Of a stretch of 64,000 nt of DNA, positions 26,677 to 40,374 are shown piece by piece (position 1 is the first letter of the stretch; every line of letters starts with the position of its first letter). The DNA is from Chrysomallon squamiferum (lineage: Eukaryota > Animalia > Mollusca): assembly GCA_012295275.1 (NCBI GenBank), contig CM022677.1, forward strand, positions 8,370,001 through 8,434,000. Reading direction: 5' to 3'. The notes below the pieces were generated by a model. The model did no database searches. It had not been told where the DNA came from and was given only the letters and a program-made list of their open reading frames with translations. The position numbers and the translations under genes were made by a program.

Positions 26677-29600
26677 TGAAACACCTGCAGCTCCTGTTCT
26701 CTTTTATTCTTCTTTTATTAATTTTCCCAGATATATCACATTAACATACTGACTTTGATACCAATTATTGATGCATACACATCACCCAAAGTGTTTGTGA
26801 CAATCAAACTGATCTAACATTATCAGCATTCATTAGAAAGAGAAAAATGTTAAATTTTTACTTTAAATCACATGGCAAAATATGTGCATCTTCGGGAAAC
26901 AACTGGACTCCCAATCCAGCCACCACCAACACTTGTTTTATTTCTGGATCCGCCACTGAATTGGTTATTCCTGTTTGACTATGACCAATGTTTTGCAGTG
27001 ATTAAACTGGTTATTCCTGTTGTTTGGTGCTAGAAATTCTGAAACCTAGTAGTATCTCTCATAACAGATATTTTTTTTACTTTAATAATCTTTATGATTA
27101 TTTAAGCTATTTCAAACTATGTTCTAGGAAAAAATAGGGGCTGTTTACTGGAATCCCAGGACACAGAATTAAATAGACAAGTAAATATCTAATGAAAAAT
27201 TAAATTAATAAATAAAATAATGTTTAGAGAAAAATAAATAAAATAACATTTAAAATATTTAAAATATAAAATAAAAAATCATCAACACTGACAGAGAAAT
27301 TAGAAAGAGGAAATGAGAGAAACTTGACTGTGATGCATGTAAAATATCCTTTGCTGTTAACTGGTAAGAATAAAACTACGAAACAACTTCATCATCATAC
27401 AAGAAAACATTAATTTCATTCAAAGATGCTTTTACAAAGACTTGCATATAATTCTGAAGTTCTCCATATTATTATTGTTTCTGAGTTGATGGTGAAGTGT
27501 TTTATTTCTTTAAATATATCATTTATCTATTTTTTTTTTATTTTTTTTTTTTTGTATGGCAGATCGATGTGAACAAAATCTCACAATGGTCCAACATGGT
27601 TCAAATGAATAAAATAAATATTTTGAAAGTGGACATAAATTATTTTATCAACATTTATAATACATCTGTTTGAGGCACACATGAGAAATGGGATGTTGAT
27701 CAATATAAACTTTTATAAAATTCTAAATTGTTTGTCCCATCTGTGTCTACCAAGTATAAATCCTATGAAAAGTTCATTTTTACAATTACATAAAATCAAG
27801 TTAACATCCCCTCCACTGAAATTGGCTTTCATCATCTAAAAGCAAACAGTTAACTAATAATAAACACAACCTGTTGTAATTCAATGTATCATACAGGTTA
27901 AAACTCTGACCATTTATCAGCAAATACAATAACTGAAATATCTAAGGATCTTTACAATAAAAACATTCCTAAAGATTCAGGTCAGTTAGATAAAAATAAT
28001 ATGGGGATTAAATAAAAATTATTCTGGTGCAAGACACTCAAAATGTGTTAATGTAATAGAAGTGTCTAAGCTAAATGTCAAATAATTGACTAGCCACTGG
28101 CTATCATCCAGGGCAAGGAACCCTTAGATGAGTCTGCATTCTGACACAATGACTTGTCAGACTGACAGTTCCAGATAAAAAACAGTGTGAGCATACACAG
28201 TCAGGTGATAAAAAGTTAAAATTAAAAGATAACGTTTTTTGTTTTAAATTTAAAAAAAAGTAAAATAGAAATAAATAATATCCATTCATGTTTTTGAAAA
28301 TAAATTTAAAATAAAGTATCTTTATCTTTTAATAATTTAAAAAGGAATTAAATGTTTTAACTGAAAAGGTATTTTTGTGCTAATGTTTTCCATATGGAAC
28401 AGCACAAATTTTAGGCATTTTTTATTAATATTTTTGATTTTAATTTAAACATATAATTTAAAAAATTATCACAGATTTAAAAGTTTAACTAAAAATAAAT
28501 AAAATGTTAAAAGATTTGTGATTAAAACAACATTTATAATAAGTATGTGTATTTTTAATACAGTATTTAACAAATAAATGCTATGAAGTCCATTATTTTA
28601 AAACTACTTTAATTCATATTAATTCTGTGTTTGTGTTTCTGTAAACTGGGAGTTATTATTATATCTATACTCTTTAAACAGTATTTTTCAGGTATGGTAA
28701 TTAAATTAAGCTAAAAGCAGTTTATGTCAAACACTATATTTAATATTCTTAATTTTTAAAATTGTTTTAATAAAAGGATTTTTCTCTTAAAGACTTTTTT
28801 TTAGTATTCATATGTATGTGCATGTGTTTGCTTGTTTGATATTAATAGTTATAATTGATCTGCTAGGACATTTTACTGTAATCAGAACAGCAAAAAACAT
28901 GACTTTTGATTAATATCAACAGAACAGTTGTAGTTGAGTAAAACAATCAGTGGTTTAAAAAAAAAAACTGTTTAAAAGAGAAATAAACTTTTGTAACTTG
29001 CCAGCTGTACATTAACTGACAGTCTTCCATTAGATTAATAATTTTTATTATACTGTAGTAAAATTAAGCAAAATTAAAACCCACTTGAAAAAATATTCTT
29101 GTGACTGGTGGATTGCTGAAAAAATGTAACTTTATGATAAATGAATGCATCATGTCAAAAAATCAAATAATTGAAAGGACAAAATATTTTTAGGATTTCC
29201 AGAGATTAAAAACCATGAACAGAATTAAAAACATGACTCCACATATTCATCTAAGGAAATTCAAGTGGGATTCTGAAGTCTCAAAAGAATAGTAAACAAG
29301 AAGTAAATCTGCTACATCAGAACTAAATAAATGTGGCTTGAAATGTTTGCAGCTATACATGTAAAGTTTAAACCTGAGTTATACCACTAAGTCCAAAACT
29401 AGATTATAATTACACTATAAAAATCTTTAGGATGATGAACTGTTATTTTAGAATACAGTATCATTCACTAGTCAATTTTTCTAAACTCTGTAATTACTTA
29501 GTTTAAACTAAAATTCTGAAAAACTGAAGATAAAATATCAAAATACAAAATGGCCAATTTCTTGAAATTTAGACAATATTTCCAAATTAAAAACTGCTGT

Positions 29601-30687
29601 ATATCTTGTAAAATTGGAAAAAAAAAAAAAAAAAGTAATGATGTCGATACTGAAAAGGGAAAAGATCTAAAATAATAATACAATATGCCAAACAATCTTT
29701 CTGAATTATAAAGAATTCAATATGTTTTTTAGGAATTCCTATTCACACAAAATAAAAAGTATGATTATTAGCAAAGTACAAAATTTAATTAATTGTAATT
29801 AATGGCAAAGTGTATTTACCGACAGTTATTAATGTTTTCATATTTTTCAAAGTATTTAAAAAAAAAATAATAATAATAATAATAATAATTATATCATATT
29901 TTTTGGTTTAAACTGACTACTGTATCTTTGAAAATGAACAATGACACAAGATGACAAACAACTCTCAGGCCAAGCCAATGGCCAGGTGTCTATGGAGATT
30001 TAATTAAGCAGCTTCGCTAATTACATTTAAAGCTGTATGGAATAGTGGCCCACTGTGTTAACCTTTTCTACAATCCAATCAAAAGTTCAGAATCAGTGAT
30101 ATCAGTTCAGCTGTACTCTTGATTATTATAAATAGTTAAGCCGAAGAGAAAAAAAAAAAAGTTATTTGTTTGGTTATTTTTGTTATTCTTATTTATTTAT
30201 TTATTTATTTATTTATTGTGTTTGTTGGCGTAGAAGAGGCGCGCGCGCTGTTTTTTTAAATATTATTATTATTATTATTATTATTTAATTCCTCGTGTCA
30301 CTTGATTGTTCATCATCGAACATGGGTCAATAAATTCCCAATTATTACTATAGTTGAAAAACACATTTATCGCCTTGTTTACCAAATAATAAATAATAAT
30401 AACAAATAAAAATAAAAGATAAATAAAATTATGTATTTACCCATTTAATTTCATTCAGTTTTGAGCTGTCAAGACACGCTATTTTTTCCAGTAATTTCTG
30501 CCATTTTTAGAAAAATGCGCTGGTCTGATACTCCTCTATTATTATCATTAAAGTAATCCATTGCAGGCGCAGTAAAAACGGTCACCAGTTTGAAATACTA
30601 ACTTTCACTACAATGTATATATATATATATATATATATATTTGTATTTTTAATTTTTAAAAACAATTTTTTTAGCTTCCTTAACAAA

Positions 30688-31333
30688 CATGAAGGCCTAC
30701 ATTGTACGCCTACTGTAACATAACTTGCACGAGCTGTAACTTCCACGAACATACCATAATAACGTAAATGCATGTATTACACGAGCTATAGCCTAAATGT
30801 ATCATAAATAGTATCTCTTTAATGTAATAGGTCTAACATGGAGACCTAACTTACCGTTATATTTAGTCGATTTGTCGGTAGTGGATATTAATGACGATTG
30901 CAATATTATTTCACCAAATTCTTTACAATTACACAAGTTAGTTTTGTTTATGAAATTAGGACCGATATTTAGTGCAATTTGGCAGAGAAGTCTGCATTCC
31001 TAGATCATTGCAAGACGCCGTAAGGCATAATGCCGTACTGACGGTTTTCTCGCTTTAAAATGTATTTTTATGTCATTAAACGGAAGAATATCATGTTTTA
31101 CATTCATATTTGGTTTTGTTATTCAATTTTTCAAAAAATTTTATACGATAAAATTATATTTTTGAAAAGCTGAAAGACCGCGATTATTTTAGATGCATCC
31201 CGTAGCAAAAAATAGTCAAAATGGCGACTCTTCGGCAACAGCTACAAAAGCATTACCTATGTATAAGTCGACCCCAAAAATATTACCTTAATATAGTCTC
31301 CCAAAAATTCGACTTATACACAAGTATACACGG
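30688..31333. mobile_element. Left-truncated relative of the 18767-19630 MITE
   Basis: Matches from CATGAAGGCCTACATTGTA (cf. 18913) and from CGATTTGTCGGTAGTGG through the right TIR TTCGACTTATACACAAGTATACACGG, followed by TA. The middle segment differs and no left TIR was seen. Confidence 0.88.
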
Positions 31334-31571
31334 TACATAAATAAATAATAATAAATAATAAATAAATAAATAAAAAAAGAAAGAAACGAATTTTTTTTAA
31401 AATGTGAATTGCCGTTCTTGGTAATATTTTACTAAAAACTCATCATGTTTTGCATTACAGTAAATAAACATAATATAAAATTTATTGATCATCGGGCATA
31501 TTAAAAATACAGTAACACTTTTTTTGTAATATTATTCATTTTTAGTTTCTTTCTTTCTGTATTTTTTTAAA

Positions 31572-31616
<45 letters not shown>

Positions 31617-31777
31617 AAATGCTAATTTTAATAACCTTGTTTTGGTTTTTTCAAAGCCGATGTTTTTCAGATACATATTTCAGTACATACTGTATAACGA
31701 TCTGAAAATAGAAATATTTTTGAATTTTCAATTTACTACCACAGACAGTGAATACTCCCCTGACCCTGACGCACGTA

Positions 31778-31873
31778 ACACACACACACATATATACATA
31801 CACAAACACAAACACACAAATATACACACACACACACATATATATATACACAAACACAAACACACAAATATAT

Positions 31874-31908
<35 letters not shown>

Positions 31909-32178
31909 CACAAACACACAAATATACACACACACACACACACATATATATATACACAAACAAACACACAAATATACACACACACACACACATATATATA
32001 TATACAAACACAAACACACAAATATACACACACACATATATATATACACAAACACAAACACACAAATATACACACACATATATATATACACAAACACAAA
32101 CACACAAATATACACACACACACACACATATATATATACACAAACACACACACACACACAAACACATATATATATATT
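31778..32178. repeat. Compound (CA)n/(TA)n microsatellite-derived minisatellite
   Basis: Repeated CACAAACACAAACACACAAATATA(CA)n(TA)n blocks; explains five overlapping low-complexity ORFs. Confidence 0.95.
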
Positions 32179-34182
32179 CTAAAATCCGTGTAACTTGAAC
32201 GCGTTTGTGCAATAATCCTTCTTAAATTTGTTTCAAGATACAATCTTTAGCTTATTATTAGTCAGCGAAAACTTGTCTAACCCATGTAAGTAATGTAACA
32301 CGTATTGATTATTTTTACCAACTTTTGGGGGTTTTTTGTTTTGTTTTTTATATTAACTAAAATGGGGCATTGGTTTGGGGCTAAATATTGGTGAAACGAA
32401 GCAGTTTTTCAAACGTTTTATTTATGGCAAGGACATAATTCTCCATAACTGTTCTTCAGCCAAAGTAACGAAACCTGATTTTTCAAAACTTTTGAGGTCT
32501 TAGAAAACACTGCAACGAATTTCCTAATCTTTCCAAGACTTTCCAAAGCTGCTTTGTGTCAGAAGTAGATGTCATGTCATCAGCCAATCCTTACACACAT
32601 AGTAGGTCCAGGTACCTGGCTGTTGAACAAGTCTAACAATGCCATGTCTTCTCGTGTCAGATATTTTTACGACCTGGTTTGGTGATGTTTGTATACGATT
32701 CGACTAATTATAATAATATTCAGAACCAACCAGCCCAGTTTCCTCGACATTATTTTAGTAGGGACTTTATTAAAAAAAAAATATTCTTACCTTTTTTTTT
32801 TTTTTTTTTTTTTTTTTGAACGCTTAATGTATTCTCTGTTTCAAGTTCTATCTGAACCCCCCCAAAAAAAACCAAACATAATAAAAATGTGTTACCTTAT
32901 ATTGTGAAATAAAGGTTTAATGTTAATCGGAAATACGTTGTGGTAGTCGACGCCATACGGTTATATGTTTCTCAGAATGTGTTTCGTGGAAATCGTTCAT
33001 ACATTATTTTTCACGCTCATGGATTTAGCTGTAAACAGTCTCAACCATACGAAAGTTCATACTTAATTTGAATATACAAGATGAAAACTGTTCCCACCCA
33101 AAACTGAAAGAAAACCTAGAGGCAGAGACTGTGTAAAGTATCTTGACAATTTCCAAAGGTTAAAATGGGAAAGAGAAATATTTCGTCTTTAAAAAAAAAT
33201 AAATGAGTGGAACTGAAGATTAATGCGAGAGTCGTCATCGCATCCTGTTTTTCTGTCGATCCACTCGTTAACTCGCGGACGTGGAAGCCGTACACTCCCG
33301 AGTCACGAAGTGATCACGCCGATTATCCACTACCAGAGTACTCGATATTTGCAACACATATTATCAAAGAAGCTTTGTGTGTTAAATCTCTGTACACTGC
33401 TCTTCTCTTATCAATATAAATGGTGACAACATCGCCGCACATCTTGTTAGCAGTAAAATCTGTGTAGTAGCTCATAAAATATCATCTTATCAGTGGAGCG
33501 CTTTCTACACTTCTCAGTATAATGTAAATAAATGGTGTGTGTGTGTGTGTAGGTTTGTGTGTGCTTATGTTTGGTATGCGTGTGAGTGTGTGTTGTTTTT
33601 AGATAGTCAAATCGGCATGGGACGGTCAGAAAGACAAAGACAGAATGTTTTTTTAAACATTACAGAGAAACACAGACATACAGAGAAACAGACTGCAGGA
33701 CAGACGTGTAGATAGCTGAGCAGAGACATCCGTGAGTGGATAGATAAATAGAAAAATTGGTGGGATGATGAATGTATGATGGATGGATGTATAAGGGAAT
33801 CGCTTGATGGCGAGAACTATAGAATGTATACATGGATAGATGGGTGGTTGGATTAGATGTTTGTATGAACTGATAGACGGACAGAAGGATTTATGCATGG
33901 ATGGAAGGAGAGAGAGATAATACGGTAATGGTAATACTGTAGATTTTCATGACTATTTCCAGTCTTGGTCCGAAAACTCAGAGTGAATAAAGACTCCACA
34001 GGAATCTGTCTCAGCTGACACCTCGCCAGGTAAAACCAGACATACCTGCACCACACACACACATACACAGACAGCCATCACTCGATTTGAAAAAAAAAAC
34101 AGTAGAGAAAGAGAGAGAGATGCAAGAATGTTATAAACAAACAATAGCGATTTATATTTCTTTAAGTGCATAAAATCAATAT

Positions 34183-34235
<53 letters not shown>

Positions 34236-35295
34236 GTATTAATCAATCAATCTCTCTCAATTTGAAAATCTTTTCTCTCTCTCTCTATGTTGAAGTACAA
34301 CAATTAAAAAGTTTTATGTGAAGCACTGTTATATCAAAACAACACATGGCTTTCTGATTAATTAATTTTGTAGCAAGATCACCGGAAGAACTTAAACTGT
34401 TCATCTCACATTAATTATGATTTTCAATAAACCAAGTGCTTGTTGCATAGTCATCATACTTTTCTTTAAGATGAAGCAGATTTTCATGTTAATCATCGCC
34501 GGGTTTTTTTCTGATCTTAGAAACTTGGGAATACCACAAAGATGATAAGAAATGTCTGAACAGATTAGTACAAAAATACGTTTAATACGATGATATTGTT
34601 ATATTGTTTAGTGTTCTGTAATATTCACCAACTCTTAGAGAGGATAGAGGTATATTAATTAAGCAGCTGAAACAAAAATGGTACCACCAAAAAGGATACA
34701 TCGTTTTATTTTATTAAAATATTTTTTCAGTTAAATAAACAGTTTTTACATATTTAATAAAATCGGATAATTAAAACTTAAATTTAAAAATAACAATTAT
34801 TAATCAGCAAAACTCCTAACTCACCTTGCAATTCACTCAGTCACACAGTCACGCACGCACTCTTTTATTAGTTGGTTTGCGAGATATTAAAAATGAACAT
34901 CAGTACTGTACAGGGCAGTGGTATTTCAACTGATTTTCACACAGAGTTAGCTAACTTGCTTTTTATACTTGACGGTAAATTCACCTATGTTTTAGGAATA
35001 ATAACAATTATGGAGGGTTTTAAAAAAAATTTGTAACTAAATATTTGAACAATTTAACCATATTTATTTATTTTCAGCTTTTTATTTAAACTATGACAGC
35101 TTTTGAAAATCTTTTTTGTCTAGTATGTTGAAGAAAAGTCAGAATATTTGTGTTCTTAATTTTTTTTTTTTCCTGCATTCTGTTCAGTTTTCAGGGTCGA
35201 AAGCTTCTCGTTAAGGAAACAGTCACCTCGTTTTGTCATCTTCATAGTTAGACCAGAATATAACATTTCATTTTCTTTTCGTATCTCTCATGTAG

Positions 35296-35471
35296 ATGAC
35301 TGTGGTGCACCAACAAGTGAGGACGACAATGGTGTAGTGTTGCTCACTACATCTCACAGAACTGCGGCACTGACCTGCAGTCAGTTATATCGTTTATTTG
35401 GCAAGATAACTTGTCAGCAGACTGGACAGTGGTCATCAGTTAATGGAGCGTGTAAACAGGTCGAAAGATGA
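35296..35471 (+). CDS. Exon encoding a Sushi/CCP (SCR) domain; host gene probably pseudogenised
   Basis: After the acceptor TCTCTCATGTAG it reads (D)DCGAPTSEDDNGVVLLTTSHRTAALTCSQLYRLFGKITCQQTGQWSSVNGACKQVER*. All four Cys, CxxP, NG, YxLxG and TCxxxGxWS of the CCP consensus are present, with a phase-1 start typical of CCP exons. Not in the ORF track. Confidence 0.82.
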
Positions 35472-35479
35472 AGTAGTAT

Positions 35480-35579
35480 GCTAATTTTAAATACACAAGT
35501 AAACACTCTAGTTTCGTAATATTCAAGTAAACACTCTTCTAATTTTAAATACACAAGTATCTACTGTTCTAATTTTAAA
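35480..35579. repeat. Left remnant of the 30-bp minisatellite, split off by the LTR element
   Basis: CTAATTTTAAATACACAAGTAAACACT units identical in type to 44682 onward. Confidence 0.9.
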
Positions 35580-36857
35580 TGTAGCAGTATCAGATTTTTC
35601 ACTTTTCCAGAACACAGGAAGTAGAACGTAACAGCTACGGGTGGGTTCAGACAATTTATTCGATGTCACACAAAAATGAAGACAAGGAAAAACACCCTAC
35701 GAGAACAATAAAACAACAATAAATATCACATCATAGAGTACATATAGCATCAAGTTATAGAATAATTTATGTATATATGTAACATTTATATCACAATTTA
35801 AGCAAATGTATATCTATAATACTATTCATCTCATCATAAAAATAATGTAAATTGAATTATCTTGCTTTAAATCCTGAGTATTTAATGCCAAACTATAAAA
35901 GCATTTGATAACATAAAGCAAATACATGTGATAAATACACTTGATTAACATGACAAATACAAATAGTCATATACCACAGTTATACATGACAAACTGATAT
36001 TTGACAAACATAATACATAAAAACTCATACCAGGTAGATGACACCTGGGTGTAAGAAACTGGATTCTCGAGCACACTGAACGAGAACAGGACAATCTACA
36101 AATCAAATACAAGACATATACAAGAAACTACCGACAATTACACAATTAACACATCACATATCGCCAACCACGATGCACCAAAACATGTCCACACACACAT
36201 AAAAAATACACATACAAAATACATATACACAATTGACATTTCATTCAGATTGTATGTTTTCTTTAAGCCAGCTATCTTGAACAAATGTTTATTCAATGTA
36301 ATTTAATCCATATATCCAATATAAATAATAATTACTTTATATATTCATAAAGTAATTAAACAAGTACTTTCTAATGGTGTTAAATAAAAATGCATGTATA
36401 CAAAACATACATATATTAAATAAAACAAAATACAGACTAACCTTTCAGTTAATATCCACTTTCAAATAATAAATTCAGTTCCACCTTTAAAAATGAAATC
36501 TGGCCTGACAGTATAATCTTAGCAGGAGAAATAAACCTGAACACTTGAGCCAAGTTGTTTATTCCCTGATGGGCTTGGGAGAGGAGTTTGGGAACAATAG
36601 TTAACACGCAAGGCAAGTAACGTGTGTTAGTACAGTGTAAGCTGAATGAAACAATCACCACAATGACAAGTTACCAGCCTATTGTTTGGCATAACCTGGC
36701 TAGGGATAAAATAAAACTTTAGTTACACAATAAGCTGACAGGAGGCAAGCTGTAAATAAGACCTTACATTAATGACAACGCCTGCTAAAAAGCAAATATC
36801 TGCAAATAAAACATTAAATACAAATCCTAACTAAAACAAATACCACATACTTCCACA
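35580..36857 (-). repeat. 3' LTR (1278 bp)
   Basis: Near-identical to 43409-44681; I count about 7 substitutions, a 1-bp indel and a 6-bp terminal indel. Confidence 0.95.
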
Positions 36858-36871
36858 TACTTCCCCCTCTT
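36858..36871 (-). other. Polypurine tract
   Basis: AAGAGGGGGAAGTA on the minus strand directly abutting the 3' LTR. Confidence 0.88.
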
Positions 36872-37092
36872 AAGAAATGGCGTCCTCGTCATTCAGCTGT
36901 TTCGTGAATTATAGAAATTATCGCACTCGCAACACTATCACTGGTATGATGAAATACACCACTGTTAGCTAATTGCCGAATTAAATCTGATTTTTGTTGC
37001 AAAGTGGGACAAATATTCTGAGACATAATATAATTACCTGATTCCATCCACTGTGGCTTCTTTCCCCGTCTCGTTGAACGACGTGGTAGAGG

Positions 37093-38814
37093 CTATGGTG
37101 GAGGTTGTGGCGAAGGTCGAGGCCGAGGTGGAGATATTGGTAAATGAGGTGAAGAAGATGAAACCGGAGAAGATGAAGGCAAATCTCCTTCATCCAGAGA
37201 TAACCTGTCTTGATTCTCACTAGGATCAGTTTCTGTGCTTTCAGCCTCTGGGGCATTAAGTATGTGTTCGTCAACACCAGAACCTTCACCCTCTGTCTCA
37301 ACAAGATGCTGATCGTCATTAGCAACCTGCGAGGCAGACGTAATCTCTCCAACAGTAATTTCAGGGATGGATATAAGACCATCATCTGCTGTGGAAAATA
37401 TCATATCAAGATCCTCTATCTCAGACTGTGTTTCCTCCAAATCTTGTTTCTCTGGTGTAGGATTTGAATGAAGCAGTTTCCTCCTGGGTTTCGGCTTAGG
37501 CTTTTCTTCCTTATCAGGAAGAAGGGACCCTATTGGAAGAAGATGATTTCGATGTAAGGTCCTTGTCCTTCCCTCACCATCTTCCCTCTGTACAACGAAC
37601 ACCGGGATATCCTTGTTCGGCTGTGAAAGGATGAGGTATGGAAATTCTTCCCATCGATCTGCAAGTTTATGCTTACCCTCGAAAGCCAATGTCTTGACTA
37701 AGACACGATCACCTTCCTCTAAGGTTGCGCCCCTAACCTTCAGGTCATAGCCAGTCGTTTGTCGCTGTTGAGCTAACTTTATTGCTTTTGATGCCAATTC
37801 ACAGGAATGTTTAATTTTTTCCTTTAAAGATTTGACATATGTCAGCAGTGAGTCATTACCCCTGTTCAAATCAATTCCAAAGGCAAGATCAATGGGCAAT
37901 CGGGGCTCTCGTCCGAACATTAAGAAGAACGGTGAATATCCAGTTGAATCATGCCTGATGCAGTTATAGGCATGAACTAGAGGTCCAACATATGTTTTCC
38001 AGTCCTTCTTTTGATCAGGATTAAGAGTCCCAAGCATATCAAGTAATGTACGATTAAATCTCTCGCACATGCCATTACCCATTGGATGGTATGGGGTAGT
38101 TCTTGATTTGTCCATTCCCAAAATTATGCAAAGTTCTTTCATCAAACGACTTTCAAAGTTCACCCCCTGATCACTATGTATTCGTAGTGGAATACCATAG
38201 TGTATCACAAAGTTGTTGTAGAAGGCCTCTGCTGTAGTCTTTGCTGTCATATTTCTAGTAGGTATAGCTTGCGCGTACCTGGTGAAATGATCAGTGATTA
38301 TTAAAATATGTTGATAACCTCCCTTTGAGGTTTCCAAAGTAAGAAAGTCCATACAAATTAACTCCAGGGGTTGAGTGGTGGTGATATTAATAAGCGGAGC
38401 ACGAGCATTAGCTAATGGTTTCCGCCGTACACACCGGTTACAGTTTTTAATCCATTCCTCAACATCAGCTGCCATGCCTGGCCAATAAAATCTGTCACGA
38501 AGAAGTGATAAAGTCCTGTCACGACCAGGATGCCCGACATCATTGTGTAAACCATGGAGAACATCATGAACATATTTAGATGGTAAAACAAGTTGATATC
38601 GAATCTGACCATCGATCTTCACCTGGCGATGCAAAATACCTCTCACAAAAACAAAACTATCAAAAGCTCTGAAATAGGCATTATTCACTGGGGTAGAAGG
38701 AAAATCTTGTCGACGAGGTTTCTTCTTCCTTCGTACAAGCTCCATCCATGGATACAAGATTGTATCAGCAGCTTGGGCTTTCCTCCAGTCTCTGTCTGAT
38801 GTTCTGTCCATCAT
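37093..38814 (-). pseudogene. pol: pol fragment: integrase (HHCC zinc finger, DDE core, long acidic/Pro-rich tail)
   Basis: HNDVGH...CNRC, ICMDF, HSDQG, CERFN and PFFLMFGREP motifs. The frame continues past the TAG as PLPRRSTRRGKKPQW, so the stop is probably premature. Confidence 0.95.
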
Positions 38815-38874
38815 CCAGAACAGAATCGACCACTTCTGCAGAAGTGCTTAATGCTTCTATAAACGGTTGAGCAT

Positions 38875-40374
38875 TCAAAACACACATACAGCTCTAACTG
38901 TGTCTGCCGATATTTCGGTATGTTCTGATGAACCAGGTAGTCTGGATAAAGAATCAGCATCAGCGTTGTTTAACCCAGGTCGGTAAAAGATGTTAAAATC
39001 GTATGATGCAAGTGCTGCTAGCCATCTGTGACCCGTGGCATCCAACTTTGCCGATGTGAGTACATATGTTAGCGGGTTGTTATCGGTCAGCACCGTAAAC
39101 TTGTTTCCATACAGATATTCATGATATTTCTCACTTATAGCCCATTTTAAAGCAAGAAATTCTAACCGATGAGCTGAATAATTGGCTTCAGACTTACTGA
39201 GACTTCTACTGGCATAGCTAATGACATGCTTCATCCCGTCATTTTCTTGATAAAGCACAGCACCAAGACCATGTGAACTTGCATCAATGTGCAATTCAAA
39301 CGGTTTACTGTAATCAGGATACCCAAGAATTGGAGGCGAAGATAAGATTTCCTTCAGTTGCTGAAAAGCTACCTCTTGACTGGGCCCCCATGTCCAAGGT
39401 TTGCGGAGTTCGTTCTTCTTGGATTGTGGCCTGGTGTGAGGCATTAAGGATGTCAAAGGTCTAGCTACCTTTGCAAAATCCTTAACAAATTTTCTATAAT
39501 AGCCAGCGAACCCCAAAAATTGCCTAACCTCATTAGGGTTAGTTGGCTTTGGCCAATTGATAATCTTCTCAACTTTATCAGGATCGGCTTCTATCCCAGC
39601 CTTAGAAATTACATGTCCAAGAAAATTTATTTTGTTTTTGAAAAAGGAACACTTCTCTGCTGTTAACTTCAAACCTGATTCTCGAACTCGCTGAAATACT
39701 TGGGACAAGCGATCAAGATGTTCATCATACGTTTTGGAAAATATTAAAATATCATCCAAATAAATCAAACATGACTTGAGATGAAGTCCCTCAAAGGTAT
39801 CATTCATCAACCGTTGATATGTTGCTGGACTGTTGCATAACCCAAAGGGCATACGATTGTATTCGTAAAATCCTAAAGGTCCAACAGTAAATGCAGTTCT
39901 TTCCTTGTGGGTTTCTTCAATTTCAACCTGGTGGTATCCACTCTTCATGTCTAAAGTTGAAAAATATTTTGCACCCGTCAAAGCATCAAACATCTCCTCA
40001 ATTCTTGGAAGAGAGTAAGAATCTTTAACGGTTTTCGAATTCAGCTGTCTATAATCTACACACATCCTGAGTTTACCATTTTTCTTGCGAGCTAATACCA
40101 CGTTTGAAGACCAAGGAGAATGAGAATGTCTAATGATGCCACCGGCCAACAACTGTTGTAAATGATCCTTGACCTCTTGGTACATTGCGGGTGGTATACG
40201 TCTATGTCGCTGCTTAAAGGGCATTTCATCGTCTAACTCAATTCGATGGTGTACCGCTGTGGTATGACCTACATCTAGATCACCTGTTGAGAAAATATCT
40301 GAAAAAGAAGAAATGACCTGTTTTCCCTGTTCTAATTCTTCAGGTACTAAACAACAATCTCCAAAATTCAACAT
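38875..40374 (-). pseudogene. pol: pol fragment: reverse transcriptase and RNase H
   Basis: LRMCVDYRQLN, LDMKSGYHQ, MPFGL, YLDD, FLGH, IDASSHGLGAVL, LEFLAL and TDNNPL motifs; frameshifted at both ends. Confidence 0.97.

Noticed and set aside
26944-26958. CTGGATCCGCCACTG, resembling a MITE terminal repeat
   Set aside because: No partner TIR or TSD found; a solo 15-mer is insufficient.
30033-30057. Transib/RSS-like end (CACAGTGGGCC on the minus strand)
   Set aside because: No matching opposite end, nonamer or transposase relic seen.
31642-32243. His/Thr- or Cys/Val-rich ORFs
   Set aside because: Translations of (CA)n/(TA)n microsatellite; the same applies to ORFs at 7.4-8.7, 15.5, 52, 54 and 56 kb.
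33207-33525. CpG-richer ORF region as an upstream exon of the Sushi gene
   Set aside because: No convincing domain or splice-phase link; the exon-like 33963-34029 has stops in all three frames.
36449-36661. Small ORF in both LTRs as an accessory or env gene
   Set aside because: Short, no canonical ATG start or motif, and the stop position differs between the LTRs.
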